Virus record (IMG/VR): IMGVR_UViG_3300031555_003522 | Coordinates: 64,001-128,000 of that record | From: a virus | Taxonomy: Duplodnaviria > Caudoviricetes | Strand: one strand, 5' to 3' | Length of the DNA stretch: 64,000 bases | In this document: piece by piece, positions 20,228 through 30,654 of the stretch | Position numbering within the stretch: the first letter of the stretch is position 1 | Layout of the letters: each line of letters opens with the position of its first letter | Program-made: the position numbers and the translations under genes | The notes under the pieces: model-generated | The model's input: the letters and a program-made list of their open reading frames with translations, nothing else | What the model was told of the DNA's origin: nothing | Database searches by the model: none

Positions 20228-20989
20228 ATGAAACGGCATGTTATTGATGAATTTAAATCTACTGCAATTCAAGGAGGGGAAAATTCTTTCGAATATACAG
20301 CGGTTTGTACAGCTTGTGGAAAATTTTTACCTTTTACAATAAAAAATTCTATTGAAATAATTTATCCTGAAAATCATACCCATAGAGATAATTTTAGGTT
20401 TAGTCACTATGCTTTTAAAGCGCCTATTAATATTACTTGTAGCTGTATGGGTAATGGTAATGGAGTGGTTGAAGTTCCACGAGATCTAGTCCAACCAGTG
20501 AGAACTCTTATTCAGAACAATATCTGCGTTAGAGCGGTAGATCTTAATAGAATTAGATTCTGCCGTTTAATTGTTAGTAACGGCGTCCCAACAGATTATT
20601 TTATTATTCCTAATCTTATGATAATGGAGGTTACTGGACGTGATATGGCAGAAAGGCTGTTCACAACTCTTAAGACATTAATTAGCGAAAATAATTTAAA
20701 TCATTTGGATGTATCTAACAATCGCATCATGAATGAAAATGAAGAAAATTCTATGGATGAATATTCAGACGAGGAGTTCGAAAATCTTAATACTCCAGAT
20801 GTAGAACAGCTTTATCTTATTAATATTTACAATGTCTCTAATGATCGTAGATGTTATGAGTCGGAGGATGATATTGATCATAAGCTTCTATCTGATAAGG
20901 ATAATCAGTTTATCAAATTAGTTTCAAAATTTGCAGAAGAAGTTTCCAATATGAACGATAGTTCAAAAGAAGATGAAGTATCTGAATGA
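20228..20989 (+). CDS. Zn-ribbon family protein
   Basis: CTACG...CSC. Confidence 0.7.
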   Translation: MKRHVIDEFKSTAIQGGENSFEYTAVCTACGKFLPFTIKNSIEIIYPENHTHRDNFRFSHYAFKAPINITCSCMGNGNGVVEVPRDLVQPVRTLIQNNICVRAVDLNRIRFCRLIVSNGVPTDYFIIPNLMIMEVTGRDMAERLFTTLKTLISENNLNHLDVSNNRIMNENEENSMDEYSDEEFENLNTPDVEQLYLINIYNVSNDRRCYESEDDIDHKLLSDKDNQFIKLVSKFAEEVSNMNDSSKEDEVSE

Positions 20990-21052
20990 GATAAAAAGAA
21001 GTGGGAACAATTCCCACTTCTTTTTTTTTGTAATTTTAATAGTTTTTCTTTA

Positions 21053-21068
21053 TATATTATTCGAGTGA
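21053..21068 (+). promoter_or_regulatory. Early-type promoter of the Spo0A-like gene
   Basis: TATATTAT tcgag TGA. Confidence 0.7.
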
Positions 21069-21132
21069 GAAAAATAGCTATCTTTTAAAATAGCACTTTT
21101 TCTAAAGAAAGATATAAAGGAGAGTATCACAT

Positions 21133-21504
21133 ATGCTAACAATTGACAAACTTGAAATCACAAAGTCCGAAACAGAGGTAGCAAAGGAATTGCGCGATCT
21201 ATTCATCGATATTGGGGTGAATTATAGATCCAAAGGATTTAAATACCTGATTACCGCATGCGTAGAAGTTATATTCAACCCGGAGATTATGAATACGGGC
21301 ATTACGAAAGCTCTGTATCCAGATCTTGCAAATTTCTATAATACCAGATGCGGTTGCATCGAAAGATGCATTAGATCTTCCATTGAAAATATTGATTTGG
21401 AGGATAATCCTAGAGCTTTATCGGTGTTCGGAAACATCAAAAAGTTAACCAACAGCATTTTTATATCGGCCGTATCTGATTACATCCGGGTTAATAGTAT
21501 TTGA
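21133..21504 (+). CDS. Spo0A C-terminal (effector DNA-binding) domain protein, no receiver domain
   Basis: IGV...KGFKYL...ITKALYP.LA..Y.T....IER.IR..IE...TNS.FI matches the Spo0A_C pattern. Confidence 0.85.
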   Translation: MLTIDKLEITKSETEVAKELRDLFIDIGVNYRSKGFKYLITACVEVIFNPEIMNTGITKALYPDLANFYNTRCGCIERCIRSSIENIDLEDNPRALSVFGNIKKLTNSIFISAVSDYIRVNSI

Positions 21505-21546
21505 TATAAAAAATAATAAGGGTGGCGTAATGCCACCCTTTATTTT

Positions 21547-21996
21547 TTATAATACATTGCACGGACAAAGCGGAGGAGTATTAGGAGGATTACATCCGCC
21601 AGGAATATTTCCAGATGTATTGCCATTATTTTCATTATCACCATTAATAACCCATTGAGATACTGTGTTAGCATAAAAGTCATTAATAATATACTCGAAA
21701 TAAGGAATACATAGCTCCTTAGGTATGGACAGCCAATAAGGCGGGAAGATAAGTACAGCACCTTTACCTTCTAAAATTACATCACTATAGGAGTTGATTT
21801 CAAGACCATCAAAATCTCTCATAAACACGAGAGATATTACAATCTTATATCTGGAATCGTGTAAATTGATATTTAGATAGGTGTTTCTATCTACATCGAC
21901 AATTGTCTTTTCTGCAAAGAACTTATCCAATTTGTCATGCATAGCCTGACTCATAGCAAACTGAGTTCCATTTTCATTTGATGTTAATATATTCAT
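21547..21996 (-). CDS. Hypothetical protein (structural operon)
   Basis: ORF track; third gene of a late operon. Confidence 0.65.
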   Translation of the reverse strand: MNILTSNENGTQFAMSQAMHDKLDKFFAEKTIVDVDRNTYLNINLHDSRYKIVISLVFMRDFDGLEINSYSDVILEGKGAVLIFPPYWLSIPKELCIPYFEYIINDFYANTVSQWVINGDNENNGNTSGNIPGGCNPPNTPPLCPCNVL

Positions 21997-22010
21997 AGTT
22001 TCACCTCATA

Positions 22011-24548
22011 TTACGGCCAAGGACGTTCTACGTTATCCAGATTATCAGTTGCATCAGAATCCAGAGCCTCAAGAATTGTATTACCAGAACTATCTTCGAC
22101 AGGAATCTGGTTGCCATCTTCATCAGTTTCTGTAAGCATAATGCTTTGATCGACATCTTGATAATCATAGATGAATCCTTCACTTATATCAATACTTTCA
22201 TTGCTAATATAATGCTCTCTTATAAGCTCATACATAATAGCTTTGATATTAACAGCTCCAGCATAGATGTTCTGCTCAATATTCTGAATCGTCACTCCAT
22301 CTATACCAAGTATTAATGCAATATCATCAAGAGTGAAATTAGCAGTAATCTTATCCCATATAGATGCATTCTTAGTAAATGCTTCACAAAGAGCATCAAT
22401 ATCAGGAGTATATTTTGTTATACAGACGTTGTGTATAGATTTTTCGTCTGTATTTATTCTTATTCTTGTAGAATCAATATCGGTTATATGGGATTCGGGA
22501 ATCTTTCTACCATTGATCCATACCATGAAAAGCTTAGAACTGAGGGGATATGTCAGCATACTCTTATCGACAATAATGTCACTATTTATATATTTATTAG
22601 GATCTTTGGAAGGAAGCTCTGATAAATCATAATTGGCGACAAAATCTTTCATAAAAGCAGGAGCATATACTACATCTATATTATCTCCCTTAGCAACAGG
22701 GAATGTCAAATAAATCTTAAATTCACTAAACGGAGTTGTAGGACGTACAGGAAGGGTAAGTCTATAATGGTCACTGTTCAGCTTTCTACCATTATAGAAT
22801 ACCATATACTTCGAGTAGTCATTACAATACATAAATTTATCCCCAAGATCGATTCCAAGATCAATGGAATTTTCAGGGGTTTCATCTGTATAATAGCAGA
22901 AGTGCTTGAATCTGCTAGAAGATACAGCGATTAGCTGTTTACCATAATAGAACTCATTTGAAAGAGTAATCCTTGAATGGCCTTCTTCGTTAAACTCTAT
23001 AGTATATTCTACAGGAAAATGCTGAAGGCCATCTTCTGGAAATTCGAAATAGTCAGTATCTGTCTCTCTACTAAAGAGTATCATATCTTCATTGATCAAC
23101 TCGTTAGATCTATCGACGAATCCATCATTAGCATTGATTATAATAGGTATAGTTCCATTGTTTATATTCTGGAATCTCATTATTTCAATGCTATCACTTT
23201 CGTGTATATTTTGGATAGGAAGGTAATAGTTGCTAGCTATATATTTACCAGCATGTCTATATCTATAGAGTTCTCCATTGACGAATATCAGGAAGTACTC
23301 ATCTTGCATATAGCTATGCTTTCTGGGTATAACTAGTATACTATCAGGTGTAGTATTGTGAATAAGCCAATCATAGTCTCTTTCATCAAAAAGAAGATTG
23401 GTATTATTCTTAAATACATCATTAAAAATGGATGGATTATGAGCATAGATATTGTTTATGGCATCGGTTACATTATCTTCATAGCTCTTATCTCTACTCA
23501 TTTTTAATTCAAATGGCTTTATAGCCTGCTTCCAATATTCAGGCATTTCTTCTCCATAATTTTCCCTTATAGAATGCTCTTCTATAGAATTGGATGTAAA
23601 TCTAGTATAATTATCGATAGATGGAGTATAATTTGTATTAATAAATACGCATATATCATATCGAACACCATCTACATTTTCACCGTTATCTACAGAAATA
23701 AAAGATCCTCTAAAGTTAATGGATGGAATAACAGGAAGCGGATCATCATCTGTAACAAATTCGATACAGGGATTTACTCTGCCACTTTCCGTTTTATAAT
23801 TAGCATCATGCGCTTTTCTAATCTTATCTATAGGATTAATGGATAAAAGACCATCTCTAAATAGAAGTACATTAGAACTGGTTAATTTTACATCATTAAC
23901 ACCTTCTAAAATAGGAAAAGCGTTTACTGTATTAGAAGGAATATTACGGTTAGTCGTATATGTATTAAAAATCATATCAGAATTGGGCTTTAGATATCTA
24001 ATGCTATATTTTGTAGAAAAGATATCAAACTGGCCCTCATCATCAAATGTTAGCATTACAGAACTATCATCATTAGATGAGCTATAATCTTTTTCATATA
24101 CACAACCATCTGGAAGTTCTACTATCTGAGCATATTTGAGATTTCTGCAATCATCAGCAAATGTCGTATTTGTAGAATCTACCATCATATAATATTTCTC
24201 ATCAGAAATAGTAATAAAGATTAGATCCAATGGTATAAATTTGCCATTAATAAATAGCATTAGAGGATATATTACATTATTTTTAACAAGATCTACTAAT
24301 GAATGTATTCCACTAATATACTTATATGGTCTAATCTTACGCATTTTAAAATGAAGATACTTGAGTTTGAAACAACACTTAGGACCTTGAGGTATATATC
24401 TAATCAATCTACCATCTACAAAATAATTATAGCACAGGTAGTCGATCTGATCTTTATTCACTCTAGGTATATAAGCAATCTGATTATCAATAAGGTAATT
24501 TTCCGATCTAGTTCTGCAATTGTTAATTACATCTAGTATCTGATTCAT
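22011..24548 (-). CDS. Large virion structural protein (tail/baseplate-associated)
   Basis: 845 aa; repeated F(I/V)NG beta-strand motifs; late operon. Confidence 0.6.
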   Translation of the reverse strand: MNQILDVINNCRTRSENYLIDNQIAYIPRVNKDQIDYLCYNYFVDGRLIRYIPQGPKCCFKLKYLHFKMRKIRPYKYISGIHSLVDLVKNNVIYPLMLFINGKFIPLDLIFITISDEKYYMMVDSTNTTFADDCRNLKYAQIVELPDGCVYEKDYSSSNDDSSVMLTFDDEGQFDIFSTKYSIRYLKPNSDMIFNTYTTNRNIPSNTVNAFPILEGVNDVKLTSSNVLLFRDGLLSINPIDKIRKAHDANYKTESGRVNPCIEFVTDDDPLPVIPSINFRGSFISVDNGENVDGVRYDICVFINTNYTPSIDNYTRFTSNSIEEHSIRENYGEEMPEYWKQAIKPFELKMSRDKSYEDNVTDAINNIYAHNPSIFNDVFKNNTNLLFDERDYDWLIHNTTPDSILVIPRKHSYMQDEYFLIFVNGELYRYRHAGKYIASNYYLPIQNIHESDSIEIMRFQNINNGTIPIIINANDGFVDRSNELINEDMILFSRETDTDYFEFPEDGLQHFPVEYTIEFNEEGHSRITLSNEFYYGKQLIAVSSSRFKHFCYYTDETPENSIDLGIDLGDKFMYCNDYSKYMVFYNGRKLNSDHYRLTLPVRPTTPFSEFKIYLTFPVAKGDNIDVVYAPAFMKDFVANYDLSELPSKDPNKYINSDIIVDKSMLTYPLSSKLFMVWINGRKIPESHITDIDSTRIRINTDEKSIHNVCITKYTPDIDALCEAFTKNASIWDKITANFTLDDIALILGIDGVTIQNIEQNIYAGAVNIKAIMYELIREHYISNESIDISEGFIYDYQDVDQSIMLTETDEDGNQIPVEDSSGNTILEALDSDATDNLDNVERPWP

Positions 24549-25489
24549 ATAGATTCAGCTCCAATCGCCAAAATCGTCTTAGTAAATTCGATCATATTTG
24601 TTGCAGCGATTTTCTCAATTGTTTTCTGATTATTGATGTATGCACCAACATAGGCATCAGTGATCATAGATGCAAAAGCAGGGAAGAATTCTATAGAGAA
24701 TATTGTGCCAGTACCATATATACTCATCCAACGCTCTACAACAACATCCAATGTCAGCTTATTCAAATGAAGAATATCTGCAATGGCTTCAACAAAATAT
24801 TTTATATTCAGCATACTCTCAGATTTCAGCTGAATGTCTACTATACCAGCATCTCTATCAGAGAGACCAGATATCTTTTTAGCTATCTTTCTACAGCCTT
24901 CAAGCGTATGATCCTTACCGAGAAGATTGCTTAAATAATAAAGTGCTGTCATATACATGCATTTATTTTTTGCTGCAGGCATAGCACTAATCTTGCATAC
25001 ATAATCTACTACATGAGTGAATAGAGATGCAAATGCAGCGGCACCAACAGACATAATTTTGGAGTTGGATACCAAGCGGTTTTCATCCATATAATAAATC
25101 TTTATATGCATTGCACTTACAAGATAAGAAATAAAAACATCGATAGAAGTACATATATATCTACCGGTTTCTTCGTTCTTCTTAATTATATTAGAGCAAT
25201 CAATAAAGATCTTAAGCTTTCTCTTATCAGGACCTTTTATATCCTTTGCACAGAATACCTTAAATGCCTTAGACAAAGGTTTCTCATTAGAAACAAGAAT
25301 AATATCCTTAGATTCAAGAACCTTTACAAGACTATTACTAACCTGACGGCGCTTAATTTCATACTTGATATCATCAAAATCGGATGTATTCTTATCAATT
25401 TCGCTACCAGTCATAATAAAGGAAAAAATCTGCTTTTCGTACTCACTATACTGACCGTATAAGTACGTAGCAGCGTATGTTTTAGCCAT
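24545..25489 (-). CDS. Conserved jumbo-phage protein, probably structural
   Basis: SD aggagg, late promoter 25519-25530 (-). Confidence 0.6.
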   Translation of the reverse strand: MAKTYAATYLYGQYSEYEKQIFSFIMTGSEIDKNTSDFDDIKYEIKRRQVSNSLVKVLESKDIILVSNEKPLSKAFKVFCAKDIKGPDKRKLKIFIDCSNIIKKNEETGRYICTSIDVFISYLVSAMHIKIYYMDENRLVSNSKIMSVGAAAFASLFTHVVDYVCKISAMPAAKNKCMYMTALYYLSNLLGKDHTLEGCRKIAKKISGLSDRDAGIVDIQLKSESMLNIKYFVEAIADILHLNKLTLDVVVERWMSIYGTGTIFSIEFFPAFASMITDAYVGAYINNQKTIEKIAATNMIEFTKTILAIGAESI

Positions 25490-25622
25490 TTTAAGGCCCT
25501 CCTTTTTATTTAATATTTTATTTGTATGTTGACCCAGGCTGATCTTTATTAAATGAAGATTGAAAATATATTATAATTATAGATATTACAAAATAATAAT
25601 ATGGAAGAAAGAGGTAATAAAA

Positions 25623-26045
25623 ATGATTAAAAAAATATTATTATTATTTAAACAAATTTTTGGTATTATAGATGTCGACCCAGATTGTAAGAGTTATTTA
25701 TATGATGACGATGAAGAAATTTGGGAGACTAATGAAGATCCTTATTTAAAGAAATTAAGGAGATATACATCTCCAGACACAATAGATGAAGAGGTTTTAA
25801 TCACTATGTCTGGAGATTGTTTTGAAGATGTAAGGAATGCTATTTACAGATCTGCTTATATAAGAAATAATATTTCTGTTTTTAGACTTATCCTTTTGCA
25901 TAGCTATGGAGAAAAAGATTCATCAGAATATATGGTGTTCAATCATCCGAACGGAGAATTAAAATTTGTAAATGTAGAAAATAATAAAGAGGTTTTTATC
26001 GTAAAGACGAGACTAATGAAGTTTCTTAGGAGGATAAAAGAATGA
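25623..26045 (+). CDS. Hypothetical early protein
   Basis: SD gaggt; promoter variant at 25567. Confidence 0.65.
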   Translation: MIKKILLLFKQIFGIIDVDPDCKSYLYDDDEEIWETNEDPYLKKLRRYTSPDTIDEEVLITMSGDCFEDVRNAIYRSAYIRNNISVFRLILLHSYGEKDSSEYMVFNHPNGELKFVNVENNKEVFIVKTRLMKFLRRIKE

Positions 26046-26455
26046 AAGATATTAATGCATCAAAATGTAAAAAGGTTATATTATTCGTTGCGATCATGTA
26101 TATCTTATTTAGCATACTTGTAATATTAGCTATATTAAAAGATGCTAAGCATTTATGTGGGCCTATAATAATGCTTTATATTATGACACTAATATTAGGT
26201 GTGTTTATGATAGGACTTTGTCCTTTTTCTGGAGGTATAGACAGAAAATCAATAAGGATTTTATGCATAGAATTTGCAGAAATAGACGAGTGTATGAAAA
26301 AGCTTATGGAATTAGAACCTGATATATTTATCAATTGTAGATATATGAATACATACATATTTAATCCATTAAATTATCATTATTATGAGCTTTATACTAA
26401 GGGCGATATTAAATGGGCTAGAGATATCGGGACATTACATCCTATAATGAGGTAA
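26042..26455 (+). CDS. 2-TM membrane protein
   Basis: Hydrophobic N-terminal hairpin. Confidence 0.65.
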   Translation: MKDINASKCKKVILFVAIMYILFSILVILAILKDAKHLCGPIIMLYIMTLILGVFMIGLCPFSGGIDRKSIRILCIEFAEIDECMKKLMELEPDIFINCRYMNTYIFNPLNYHYYELYTKGDIKWARDIGTLHPIMR

Positions 26456-26459
26456 TATT

Positions 26460-26846
26460 ATGGATACAAATAAACTTATAGTACTTATGGCATTTTTAGC
26501 TTATACAATAATCTTGTGTTTCCTATGTATTTTAGCATGCAAACTAAAACCTAAAAAGATTTATATCGATACAGCTTGGCATGGCTGGAAGTTATCATCA
26601 TATAAATTTAAAGAGGATGATAATAAATTTATCACATTTGTGATATTTTCTGGATTAAAAGATCATCCTATTTCTTCCATAGATGCACTAGATTTAGAGG
26701 CAGAAATGGAGGATACTGGAATATTACCACTATTTCCTAAAAAGAATGAAGAACGTCCAATCATATATCTTATAGATAGGAACACTGGATATAAATATAA
26801 GTATTTAGGAAAATATTCTGAAGTAAAATTCCAGAGATTGGATTAA
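26460..26846 (+). CDS. N-anchored membrane protein
   Basis: Single N-terminal TM. Confidence 0.65.
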   Translation: MDTNKLIVLMAFLAYTIILCFLCILACKLKPKKIYIDTAWHGWKLSSYKFKEDDNKFITFVIFSGLKDHPISSIDALDLEAEMEDTGILPLFPKKNEERPIIYLIDRNTGYKYKYLGKYSEVKFQRLD

Positions 26847-26931
26847 TTATGGGGTAGGCAAGCACGCCTACCCCATAATTTTTGTTATAAATAAGGACTT
26901 TAACTATCTCATAAAGTTTAAAGTAAAGGAT

Positions 26932-27648
26932 ATGCTAATTATGGATAATAATTATATAGTCCAAGCATTAAATAATATAGATATTATCCTTGATAATAAA
27001 ACAAGCCTATATCAAAATAGTAGTGGACAAACTGTAGCTAGAGTTACAGAAATAATTTCATCGATGATACATAGCGATGGACTTATGTATTGGGCTAACT
27101 CGCTTGGCTTTAAGGGCATAAGATATAAAGATGAATTAAATAGAGCAGCAGAAGCTGGAACTATTGCACATGCAGCGATAGAAAAATTCTTAAAAGAAAA
27201 AATATGTACAGAGAATAATATTCCATTTCAAGGGTTTAAGCTCTGGTATAATATTGTCACTGAGGATATAGGGTTACCTATAACTGTGATTTATGTAGAG
27301 CATACTCTAGTGTGCAAATGGTTTGGAGGAACACTAGATGCTTTACTTATGATAGGAAATAAAATATATCTTGTGGACTTCAAAACAAGCAATCATGTTA
27401 CTTATAGGTACTTTATACAACTAGGTGCTTATAGGCATATGCTTAGAGAGGTTGAAGGTATTGAAATAGACGGCGTAATTGTATTACAGCTAGATAAAGA
27501 TGAGCCTGGTTTTAATGAATATCTTCTAGATTTTTCAATTATGAATCATTTAGAATTTATGAATAGATGTGAGCATACTTTCTTATCCCTTGTATATGCA
27601 TATTATAACGTCAAAAGGATAGAAGGAGAATTCAAAACTTTATTTTGA
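26932..27648 (+). CDS. PD-(D/E)XK exonuclease (RecB/Cas4-like)
   Basis: GT.AH, E, GTLDAL, VDFKTS, QLGAY motifs. Confidence 0.85.
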   Translation: MLIMDNNYIVQALNNIDIILDNKTSLYQNSSGQTVARVTEIISSMIHSDGLMYWANSLGFKGIRYKDELNRAAEAGTIAHAAIEKFLKEKICTENNIPFQGFKLWYNIVTEDIGLPITVIYVEHTLVCKWFGGTLDALLMIGNKIYLVDFKTSNHVTYRYFIQLGAYRHMLREVEGIEIDGVIVLQLDKDEPGFNEYLLDFSIMNHLEFMNRCEHTFLSLVYAYYNVKRIEGEFKTLF

Positions 27649-27659
27649 GGTGTATAATA

Positions 27660-28214
27660 ATGGCTACAACAATATTAATCAATACCTTAAATGAAATAAA
27701 TGAAATTAAACTTCCGTTTAAGTTTTTAATTAAATTAAAGAAAAAGTATTTAATAAATAAAGCTGTAAGAGAGATAAATAGAACCTACTTCAATAGAAAT
27801 TATTTCACTTCTTCTCATATAGCAAGTTTTTGCCGTCTTTTTCATGCAGCTAAACTTATGGAAATTTTAAAAGATGATGATCTTGTTCATAATGATAGCA
27901 TAATTGTCGAAAGTGCAAAAATAGATATTGCTTATTTCGACAATTTTTCTATTATGAAGATTAAATCGAATACACAAGAAATGATATTTACAGCTGTAGA
28001 CAATATCAAAGTTGAGCATATAGATAATAGAGATTCTGAACACAGTTACAGATCGGTATATACATTCGATGATGTTACTACTGAAAACAGAGATTCAAAA
28101 GAATGGAATACATATAAAGAAATGATTAGGACTTGTTCGTATGAGTCGCTATATATAGCATTTAACCTCATCGTTCAGATAGTGTTTAATGCTTTATATG
28201 AAAAGGAGAATTGA
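27660..28214 (+). CDS. Hypothetical protein
   Basis: SD gaggtg; ORF track. Confidence 0.65.
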   Translation: MATTILINTLNEINEIKLPFKFLIKLKKKYLINKAVREINRTYFNRNYFTSSHIASFCRLFHAAKLMEILKDDDLVHNDSIIVESAKIDIAYFDNFSIMKIKSNTQEMIFTAVDNIKVEHIDNRDSEHSYRSVYTFDDVTTENRDSKEWNTYKEMIRTCSYESLYIAFNLIVQIVFNALYEKEN

Positions 28215-28215
28215 T

Positions 28216-28728
28216 ATGGGAAACATGAAAACTCCAAATATTTTTATGAATATTATAAGTGAGAAAAATCCAAAAGGATTATTTTCTAAATTAGTTCATA
28301 AAATAAAATTGCGTAAATTTAGAAATAATATTCTTAAAGGAAGTCCTAGTTTTGGTTTATTATGGAAGATGGCAGATTTCATCAAAATATCTGAGTTTAT
28401 ATTCTTTTATAATAATACGCATTCTCTAGATTCTGAGTTTGCCATATATTCATCTAAAGAATATATGGCTGGAACAAATGGGTTTAAACTTAGAGATGAT
28501 GCAACAGGATGTATAATTACAATTAAACTCATTTCAGATACTCAAAAAGTAATAGTCGATATAGAGCGTCAACGCGGAAATAGGTTAAAGAATAGTATGG
28601 TATTTGTAGATAATGCTTGGCAAGATTCTGATTATACAGCTTATGATGAAATGCTTTTAGAACAAGTAATCAAGATTATCAACTCAAAGATTATGGCGCT
28701 ATTTGATTACTGCTATTCTCTGAGGTAA
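28216..28728 (+). CDS. Hypothetical protein
   Basis: SD aaggag; ORF track. Confidence 0.65.
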   Translation: MGNMKTPNIFMNIISEKNPKGLFSKLVHKIKLRKFRNNILKGSPSFGLLWKMADFIKISEFIFFYNNTHSLDSEFAIYSSKEYMAGTNGFKLRDDATGCIITIKLISDTQKVIVDIERQRGNRLKNSMVFVDNAWQDSDYTAYDEMLLEQVIKIINSKIMALFDYCYSLR

Positions 28729-28756
28729 TTATATATAACTTTCTAAACATACTAGT

Positions 28757-28857
28757 ATAACCACCTCCGATGGTTATGGCTTTTGCGGACATTCCATATT
28801 TTTGACTTCCTGCTGATGTGTAGGGGACCTTCTTCGGAGGGTCCCCTATACTTTTTG
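28757..28857 (+). ncRNA. Candidate ~100-nt late sRNA with CCUCC loop
   Basis: Promoter AACA-TACTAG-TA (28746-57); hairpin ATAACCA-CCTCCGA-TGGTTAT; ATTCCATATTT; GC-rich terminator with C-UUCG-G loop. Confidence 0.55.
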
Positions 28858-28881
28858 CATAAAGTAAAAAGGAGAATATTT

Positions 28882-30018
28882 ATGAGGTACTATACACCAA
28901 TAAATAATAATAGATATCTGATAGAAGTTCATATTGCAGATATACATTTTGGATCTATAGATCCATCTACTCAATTCTCTATTCTGTATGAGCAATTCAT
29001 ACAGAAAATAAATCTTATAAATTTTGATATCCTATCTATAGATGGTGATATTTTTGATAAAAAATTTATGGCAAATCATGATGCTATAAGATATGCTATG
29101 GAGTTCGTAAGACTCTGTGCAGAAATGTGTATAATCAAACAAGCAACCATGATTATTATATCTGGAACTGAAAGCCATGATTCTGGTCAGCTTAAATTAT
29201 TCTACGGATACCTTGAAGATCCTAGACTAGATCTAAGAATTGTAGAGCATGCTAACTTTGAGATGATTAAAGGTTTAAAAGTACTATGTATCCCAGAAGA
29301 ATATGGTAAGGGAGAAGAGTATTATAGGCCGTTATTAGATGATATCTACGATACATGCTTTATGCATGGAACTGTTGTTGGCTCGGTATACGGGGCAAAT
29401 AAAGAGGATCTTGGGTCAAAGAAATATCCTGTATTTTCTATTGATAGTTTTGCAGGATGTAGAGGGCCGATTATTGCAGGTCATGTGCATAAGGCTATGT
29501 GTCTAAATGGTTATATATACTATTGCTCTAATCCGATTAGATACAGATTCGGCGAAGAAGAAGATAAAGGATTTGTAATAGTATTACATGATAGAATATC
29601 GAATGCTCATTCTATGGATTTTATTCCTATAGAATCTTTTAGATATGATACTATAGATATTAGCACTTTAAATTATGCTGACCCTAATGAGGTAATTAAA
29701 TATCTGGATGGGTTAATGAATAATGGAATAGATAATATAAGAATAGACTTCAGTAGATTGGATGAACCTTCTATGCAAAAGGTTATTGAGCAATATTATA
29801 TAAATAACCCGCATGTTGCAATAAAGAAGTATGTATCTAAAGAAGTTGCACAAGTAAATACTACAGATAGTATAATGGAAAAATATTCTGGTTTTGAATT
29901 TCTTTTAGATCCAAATTTGGATAGCTATACGAAGTTTGTAAATTTCATCAACCAGAATATGGGTAGTCAATATATTACTGTAGAGAAATTAAAGGCCGTA
30001 TTAGCCGGAGGTATTTAA
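28882..30018 (+). CDS. sbcD: SbcD/Mre11-like metallophosphoesterase nuclease
   Basis: ADIHFG, DGDIFD, GTESHD, MHG, GHVH motifs. Confidence 0.85.
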   Translation: MRYYTPINNNRYLIEVHIADIHFGSIDPSTQFSILYEQFIQKINLINFDILSIDGDIFDKKFMANHDAIRYAMEFVRLCAEMCIIKQATMIIISGTESHDSGQLKLFYGYLEDPRLDLRIVEHANFEMIKGLKVLCIPEEYGKGEEYYRPLLDDIYDTCFMHGTVVGSVYGANKEDLGSKKYPVFSIDSFAGCRGPIIAGHVHKAMCLNGYIYYCSNPIRYRFGEEEDKGFVIVLHDRISNAHSMDFIPIESFRYDTIDISTLNYADPNEVIKYLDGLMNNGIDNIRIDFSRLDEPSMQKVIEQYYINNPHVAIKKYVSKEVAQVNTTDSIMEKYSGFEFLLDPNLDSYTKFVNFINQNMGSQYITVEKLKAVLAGGI

Positions 30019-30019
30019 T

Positions 30020-30274
30020 ATGTCCGATATTCAGAAAGTGCTTCCTATACTATATTGCCAACCTATAGAATTCCTGGATAAAATAGATGAGCTATATATT
30101 GGTCAGGTATTGGTAGTGACTAGACACTCAAAGAAGAATAATGATATTATAAATGAAGTATGGATAAGAGATGGTAATACATCTTATCGAAAGATAAATT
30201 TACAAGATACAATAATAAAGGCAACATTTAATACGAATGGGGATGAAATTAGTGTCATTGCTCGGAAAGAATAA
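30020..30274 (+). CDS. Hypothetical protein
   Basis: SD ggaggt. Confidence 0.6.
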   Translation: MSDIQKVLPILYCQPIEFLDKIDELYIGQVLVVTRHSKKNNDIINEVWIRDGNTSYRKINLQDTIIKATFNTNGDEISVIARKE

Positions 30275-30593
30275 TATAGAGCCTATGTGCTCTATGAATA
30301 ATACAAAGAAAAAGCACCAACCTAGTGTATTATTTAGAACTTCTTATGGTGTTGTCAGTTTAATAGATCCAGATTCTATTAAAAGATTTCAGCAAAAATC
30401 TGGATGTACTGTGGCAGATGGTAAAATAGGCATTCGGACTAAAGCCGCAATAATGAGAAGTCTATTAGACCCATCTGATATTGGTGCATTTAACAAAGCT
30501 ACTCCTATCAGATCAAAACGGGCTTCTAGTACTTCTACACAGGAAGCTGTAGATCTGATTGAGCGTCTTATTAGAGAATCGGGATCCTTTTAA
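30237..30593 (+). CDS. Peptidoglycan-binding-like domain protein (start uncertain)
   Basis: IKRFQQKSG..VADGKIG..T resembles PG_binding_1. Confidence 0.55.
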   Translation: MGMKLVSLLGKNNIEPMCSMNNTKKKHQPSVLFRTSYGVVSLIDPDSIKRFQQKSGCTVADGKIGIRTKAAIMRSLLDPSDIGAFNKATPIRSKRASSTSTQEAVDLIERLIRESGSF

Positions 30594-30654
30594 TTCTAAA
30601 TTCATGGACTATTTAAAAAGGATCATAATTCGACACTTTTGAGAGGTAAATGAT

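Noticed and set aside
26932-27648. Cas4 adaptation gene
   Set aside because: No four-Cys Fe-S pattern or cas context; generic phage exonuclease
28783-28881. N-terminal extension of SbcD
   Set aside because: Runs through a terminator hairpin; the SD supports ATG 28882
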